Assembly (NCBI RefSeq): GCF_009914755.1
Contig: NC_060940.1
Length of the DNA: 64,000 bases
From: the human T2T-CHM13v2.0 reference genome, Homo sapiens
Strand: one strand, 5' to 3'
Shown: positions 58,251 through 64,000 of the stretch, piece by piece
How the letters are laid out: each line of letters opens with the position of its first letter
How positions within the stretch are numbered: the first letter of the stretch is position 1
Notes under the pieces: model-generated
Told to the model about the DNA's origin: nothing
The model's input: the letters and a program-made list of their open reading frames with translations, nothing else
Databases searched by the model: none
Translations under genes and position numbers: made by a program

Positions 58251-60770
58251 GATGGCAGCCATTGTTAAGCCTCCAGAACCTATACCTTTAAAATGGTTAA
58301 CAGATAAGCCAATTTGTATAGAACAATGACCGCTAAATAAAGAGAAACTGGAGGCTTTAGAGGAATTAGTTACTGAACAATTAGAAAACGGACACATAGC
58401 TCCAACATTTTCCCCTTGGAATTCTCCAGTTTTTGTAATTAAGAAAAAATCAGGTAAATGGAGAATGTTAACTGATTTAAGAGATATTAATTTAGTTATA
58501 CAACCTATGAGGACATTACAGCCAGGATTGCCTTCTCCTGCTATGATTCTGAAAAATTGGCCATTAGAAGTCATAGATTTAAAAGACTGTTTCTTTACTA
58601 TCCCCTTAGCTGAACAAGACTGTGAATGGTTTGCATTTACAATTCCTGCAGTAAACAACCTGCAGCCTGCTAAGCATTTTCACTGGAAAGTGTTGCCACA
58701 AGGCATGTTAAACATTCCAACAATTTGCCAGACTTATGTAGGGCAAGCAATTAAACCTACTCATAAAACATTTTCACAGTGTTACATTATTCATTATATG
58801 GATGATATATCTTGTGCTGCCCCCACTCGAGAAATATTACTCCAGTGTTATGATCACTTGCAAAATTCAATTTCTGACACTGGTTTAATTATAGCTCCTG
58901 ACAAAATTCAGACTACTCCTCCTTACTCCTACTTGGGGACCTTAGTAAATGACACTACCATTGTGCCACAGAAAGTAACTATATGTAGGGATCGATTGAA
59001 AACATTAAGTAACTTTCAAAAATTACTAGGCGACATTAATTGGATATGACCTGCTCTAGACATTCCTACCTATGCCATGAGTAATCTATTTTCTGTTCTT
59101 AGAGGAGATCCTAGTATCACTAGCCCTTGGCAATTAACAAAAGAAGCTGAGGCAGAGCTGCAGTTGATCAAAAAGCAAGTCCATAAAGCCCAAATAAATA
59201 GAATAGATCCAGAGAAGACTCCAGATTTGCTAATTTCTCCAACTCAGCATTCACCTACTGGTGTTATTGTCCAAGAACAGGACTTAGTAGAATGGCTTTT
59301 TCTTCCACATACTAATTCATGGACTCTAACTCCTTATTTGGATCAAAACGCTACTATGATAGGAAATGAGAGAACTCAGATTGTTAAATTACATGGATAT
59401 GATCCTAGAAAAATTATTGTCCTCCTCATGAAGGCAAACATACAGCAAGCTTTTATAAATGGTCTTACTTGGCAAACTCATTTAGCTAACTTTGTGGGTA
59501 TTCTTGATAATTTTCCTGAAACAAAACTGTTTCAATTTTTGAAATTAACTAACTGGATCCTCTCTAGAATAATTAAATTTAAACCAATTGAAGGTGCTGA
59601 GAATGTCTTAACAGATGGGTCTAGTAATGGTAAAGCTTCTTATTCTGGCTCAAAAGGTAAAGTTTTTCAGATGCCCTATACTACAGCTCAAAAAGCAGAG
59701 CTTGTAGCTGTAATTGAGGTATTGACCACTTTTGATATGCCTATTAATGTGATTTTTTATTCTTCATACATGGTTCATTCCACACAATTATTTGAAAATG
59801 CTCAGTTATGATTTCATACAGATGAACAACTGATAACTTTATTTACCCAACTGCAAATAGCAGTTAGGAGTAAAATGTACCCTTTTTACAACACTCACAT
59901 TAGGGCTCATACACCTCTTCCAGGACCTTTGACTGCAGGGAAACAAATGGCTGATTGCCTAGTTGCTATTGCAATATCTAATGCTAAACACTTTCACAAT
60001 TTAACCCATGTTAATGCCTCTGGTCTCAAATGCAGATACAGCATTACCTGGAAAGAAGCTAAAGCTATTATCCATGATGCCCAAATTGCCAAATGGTGTA
60101 TTCCTCATCTTTTACAGGAGGAGTTAATCCTCAAGGATTGGAATCTAGTTCTCTTTGGCAAATGGATGTCACACATGTTTCTTCATTTGGGAAACTGGCT
60201 TATGTACATGTATGTGTGTACACCTTTTTTCACTTTGTCTGGGCTACATGCCAACCAGGAGAGTCTTCCGCCTGTGTTAAACATCACCTTTTGCAGTGTT
60301 TTGCAGTGATGGGCATTCCAGCTTCTATTAAAACAGACAATTCCCCCAGGCTATACTAGCCAAGCTCTAGTACATTTTTCTCTATATGGATATTAAACAC
60401 ATTACTGGTATCCCATATAATTCTCAAGGACAAGTCATAGTAGAAAGAATGAATCTCTCCCTGTAAGAGCAGTTGCAAAAACAGAAAGGGGGAACAGGGA
60501 TTATGGGACAGCCCATACACAATTGAATCTAGCATTATTAACTTTAAATTTTTTGAGTGTGCCTAAAGGCCAAATGTTAGCAGCTGAACAGCATCTATAG
60601 AAACCAGCTGCAAAGACAGAAGCAAAACAACTGGTTTGATGGAGAGATCTGATAACAAAAAGTTGGGAAATAGGTAAAATAATAACAGGGTAGAGGTTAT
60701 GCTTGTGTTTTTCCAGGACTGAGTCAACAGCTGATTTGGATATCATCAAGAAACCTGAAACCTTATCATG
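58240..60770 (+). pseudogene. pol: HML-3 pol remnant (RT, RNase H, integrase)
   Basis: [21 protein letters not shown]; TDGSS..AQKAELVAV; HNLTHVN, WQMDVTH, KTDN; stops and frameshifts. Confidence 0.92.
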
Positions 60771-61830
60771 AGTCAGATGCTGAGGAAGAGATTCCAGGAA
60801 GAACCCAAGGAACCCCTGGTTGCAGTCATGTCGAGACTGACACTGAGGAGGACCCCAACTGTCATGAGCAGCACCCATTGAACACAGCCACCCACCTGGG
60901 GACAGATCAAGAAGCTGTCACAGATGGTGGAAGAAAACCTGAGGAAAGAGGGACAACCAGTCACAATGAGTAATTTAACGGTAGCTATGATAGTGGTGAT
61001 CACCATTGCCATGAGTATTCCTTCAACAAGGGCTGACACAGAGAACAATTATACTTATTGGGCATATTTATCAATCTTGGCTGGCAATAATGCCTGGATG
61101 TAATCACTCTATGACACAGTTATGCATGCTTTCTGATCTCAGTATTTGTCATAATAAATCTGGTCCTACAATTGAGGCATACTGGCCTCAAAAACCTATT
61201 TGTAAACAGAATTGAACCTGGGCAGAAAAAATGAATGTACTTGTTTAGGAAGATTGCATTGCAGAACAGGCAAAGGTGCTGGTGCAACGATTCCTATGGA
61301 ATCATTATTGATTTGTCCCTAATGGGCTGTTTAGATTGAATTGCACCCCTCTGCATGCCATGGCCATACTATGTTCAGCTGGTCTGAATAAAATGGTCAG
61401 ATGGTAGAAACGATAAGAAATATGGCAAGAGTTCCTATTATCTGGCACCATGGTGGTATAGTGGCCCCTCAACCTCAAATGATATGGCCTGTTATAGGAC
61501 CTAAACATAAGGATTTGTGGAAACTATTAATGACTCTTAATAAGAACAAAATTTAGGAAAGAATAAAAAGCATCTAGAAGCACACTCTAAAAATTTGTCT
61601 TTGGATATTGTAAAATTAAAAGAACAAATATTTAAAGCATTCCAGGCACACCTGACCTTAATGCCAGGAACTGCAGTACTTGAAGGAGCTGCAGTTGGGT
61701 TAGCAGCTAGTAATCCATTAAAATGGACAAAAACACTTGGAAGCTCTATGATTTCAATGATGATTGTGCTTTTAATCTGTGTTGTTTGTCTTTGTGTAGT
61801 ATGCAGATGCAGATCCTGACTCCTGTGAGA
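60770..61830 (+). pseudogene. env: HML-3 env remnant, internally deleted
   Basis: PPTWGQIKKLSQM.. leader; TM end LSLDIVKLKEQIFKAFQAHL..NPLKW..MMIVLLICVVCLC; only ~1.1 kb. Confidence 0.75.
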
Positions 61831-61893
61831 AGTAGCTCACTGTGACAAAGCTGCCTTTGTTTTTATCTCTTTGCAAAATAAAGAAGGGGGACA

Positions 61894-62397
61894 TGTTGGG
61901 AACAGGCCCCTGGATCTGGCCATAAACTGCCCCAAAACTGGCCCTAAGCAAAATCTCTGCAGCACTGTGACATGCTCTTGATGGCCATGACACCCACGCT
62001 GAAGGTTGTGGGTTTACTGGAATGATGGCAAGGAACACCTGGCCCACCAAGGGCGGAAAACCCCTTAAAGGCGTTCTTAAACCACAAACAATAGCATGAG
62101 CTATCTGTGCCTTAAGGACATGCTCCTGCTGCAGATAACTAGCCAGACCCATCCCTTTACTTTGGCCCATCCTTTTATTTCCCATAAGAAATACTTTTAG
62201 TTAATATATAATCTATAGAAACAATGCTTATCACTGACTTGCTGTCAGTAAATATGTGGGTAAATCTCTGTTCAGGGCTCTCAGCTCTGAAGGCTGTGGG
62301 ACCCCTGATTTCCCACTCCACACTCTGTATTTCTGTGGGCCTTTAATTCCTCTAGTGCCACTGGGTTAGGGTCTCCATGACCGAGCTAGTCTTGGCA
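61894..62397 (+). mobile_element. 3' LTR (MER9-type), preceded by the PPT aaaataaagaagggggaca
   Basis: Direct repeat of 49365-49873. Confidence 0.93.
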
Positions 62398-64000
62398 CCT
62401 GTGCAAGGCACAGGACTCTCCGTTTCCTGCCTATGACATGGGGTCAGAAGGAGCATGGGTAAGACTTGGTACTTTAGCCTCATCCTTCCCAGCAGACTCA
62501 GGCCTGGTCTCCAGCATCCCTTCCTCCCCCTTACCTGTGAGAGAAGGACTCTATCCTGGAGGCCAGGATCTTCACAGCAAAACCATGTTCTGAATAACAA
62601 TGACTTCCTATCCTGGGATATTATCTCCCAAATCGACCTCATCCAGCCCACCTTTTCTGGGTGACTTGGCTGCACCAACATCCTTCTTTGAGTTCTCTGG
62701 GGAGTCCTTGTGGCTCTGGGGGTGACAAGGATGGAGCTGAATCAGATGGGCCTAGCTGGTGAGGGAGGGCTGTCTGCCTCACTTCACCTGGGGGGGCATG
62801 TGCCTTATAGAACAGTGTCTGCATACCTTCCTGAGCCTCCAACCCACAGTCCCACCTCATCCTCAGCACCCCTGCAGTCCACCGCCTCTTCCCTCCCACA
62901 TCCTGAGCCCTCCCTTCCCATCTGCTGCTCCTCAGCCCACCATGGCATGGCTTCCACCTGAGCACACTGCCCAAAGCACTCTCCCCAGGGTCACCAATGC
63001 CACTGTTAGGGCCCAGCCCAAGGATCTTCTCCAGCCCTGATGTGTGTGACTTCTCAGCAGCACCCCCCACCACTGCACACTCCCTCCTCCTCTTCCCTGA
63101 CCAACATGATCCCCCTGTCCCTCCCTCTCTGGCTCCATCCCCTTCCACCAGTCCTGAGCTGGGGATGTGCCTGGGCCCAGCCTCTTCTCTTTCTCACCTC
63201 ATCCTCTCCATGGCTTCAAATATCCTCCTTCCACCATGAAGTTCCCATGGCAAATCCTAATCCTGGCCCTGATCAGGCTTTACAGATGGAGGGGACAGCT
63301 GCCTCCCAGGCATCACATGTGGCTGACCCTTAAGCGTCACTGAAGACTTGTCTTGTGGGAATGGAATTTAGCTTCCTCCACAAACTGGCCGCTGCTCTGT
63401 GTAGGTCCCCCTTCCCTGTTGAATCACTAATCCTAATCTCCCAACTGGCCCATGGTCCCCTACCTCTGTGGCCAAGCCCTGGGATGGGCATTTCTCCTGT
63501 TTCAAGACTGCCACTTGGAACCCCTCTAATAAGCCCACTGCTCTCTAAGTCAAGCTTCCTAAGCCAGCACTCTCAGGCACCAACCTAAAGCCAGCCTCAG
63601 TTTCTTCCTGCCTCCCACTCAGGTCTAGAAGGGCCAAAACACAGAAGGCTGAAGACCATGCCCCTGCCCTCCCACCTCTGTGCTTTTGTCCAGGCTGCCC
63701 CTGATATTCCATTCTTTCAGGCATGCACACTCATCTTTCTAGGCCTAGGTGAAATAAGCCCTCTTCTCAAATGCCAGAATGACCACTGATGGCAGAATTA
63801 CACCCCATCCCCCAACTTACAGGCTGTGAGGAGAGTGGGGAGTAGGTGGCATAATTTTCCATTCCTACCTAGGCACCAGGGGAACAAAGGAGAGCCCCTC
63901 CCTGCCTTTGGGAGCTGAGGCCTCCTCTCAGAAACCCTCCAGCAAACACAGGCCTGCCTGGATGCCCATTGAGCAAATGGGGACCTGGGACCCCAGGGTG

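Noticed and set aside
58125-58658. 177-aa antisense ORF in the ERV
   Set aside because: Shadow ORF on the opposite strand of pol, with no independent support.

Overview
Primate (human-like) genomic DNA: a repeat-rich mosaic with no intact host protein-coding gene. In order it holds (i) ~1-12.7 kb, an AT-rich vomeronasal type-1 receptor (V1R/VN1R) region with two diverged copies of the upstream unit and one VN1R pseudogene cut off by a twin-primed (5'-inverted) L1PA that has no TSD; (ii) ~16-25 kb, old L1/Alu/MaLR sequence including a short L1PA carrying a ~480-bp 3' transduction; (iii) 26.1-40.4 kb (- strand), an unprocessed partial VPS35 duplicate (exons 2-12, splice dinucleotides intact, a U12-type intron 3, four 1-bp deletions and a nonsense codon) with an intronic 5'-truncated L1PA; (iv) 41.9-45.0 kb (-), a 5'-truncated processed NAMPT pseudogene with the long 3'UTR; (v) from ~45 kb, a GC-richer block containing a HERV-K(HML-3)/HERVK9 provirus (MER9 LTRs, 49365-62397) whose leader is interrupted by a near full-length antisense L1PA3-like element with an open ORF0. 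From memory (not verified) this combination matches the chr16p11.2 pericentromeric duplication region (VPS35P1/NAMPTP3). I found no convincing new biological system. The best leads are the L1 3' transduction, the L1 antisense promoter/ORF0 pointing into HML-3 gag, variants shared in mosaic fashion by three neighbouring L1s, the L1-associated loss of the VN1R 3' end, and a possible unidentified decayed spliced gene flanking the provirus. Repeat subfamily names are by-eye calls.
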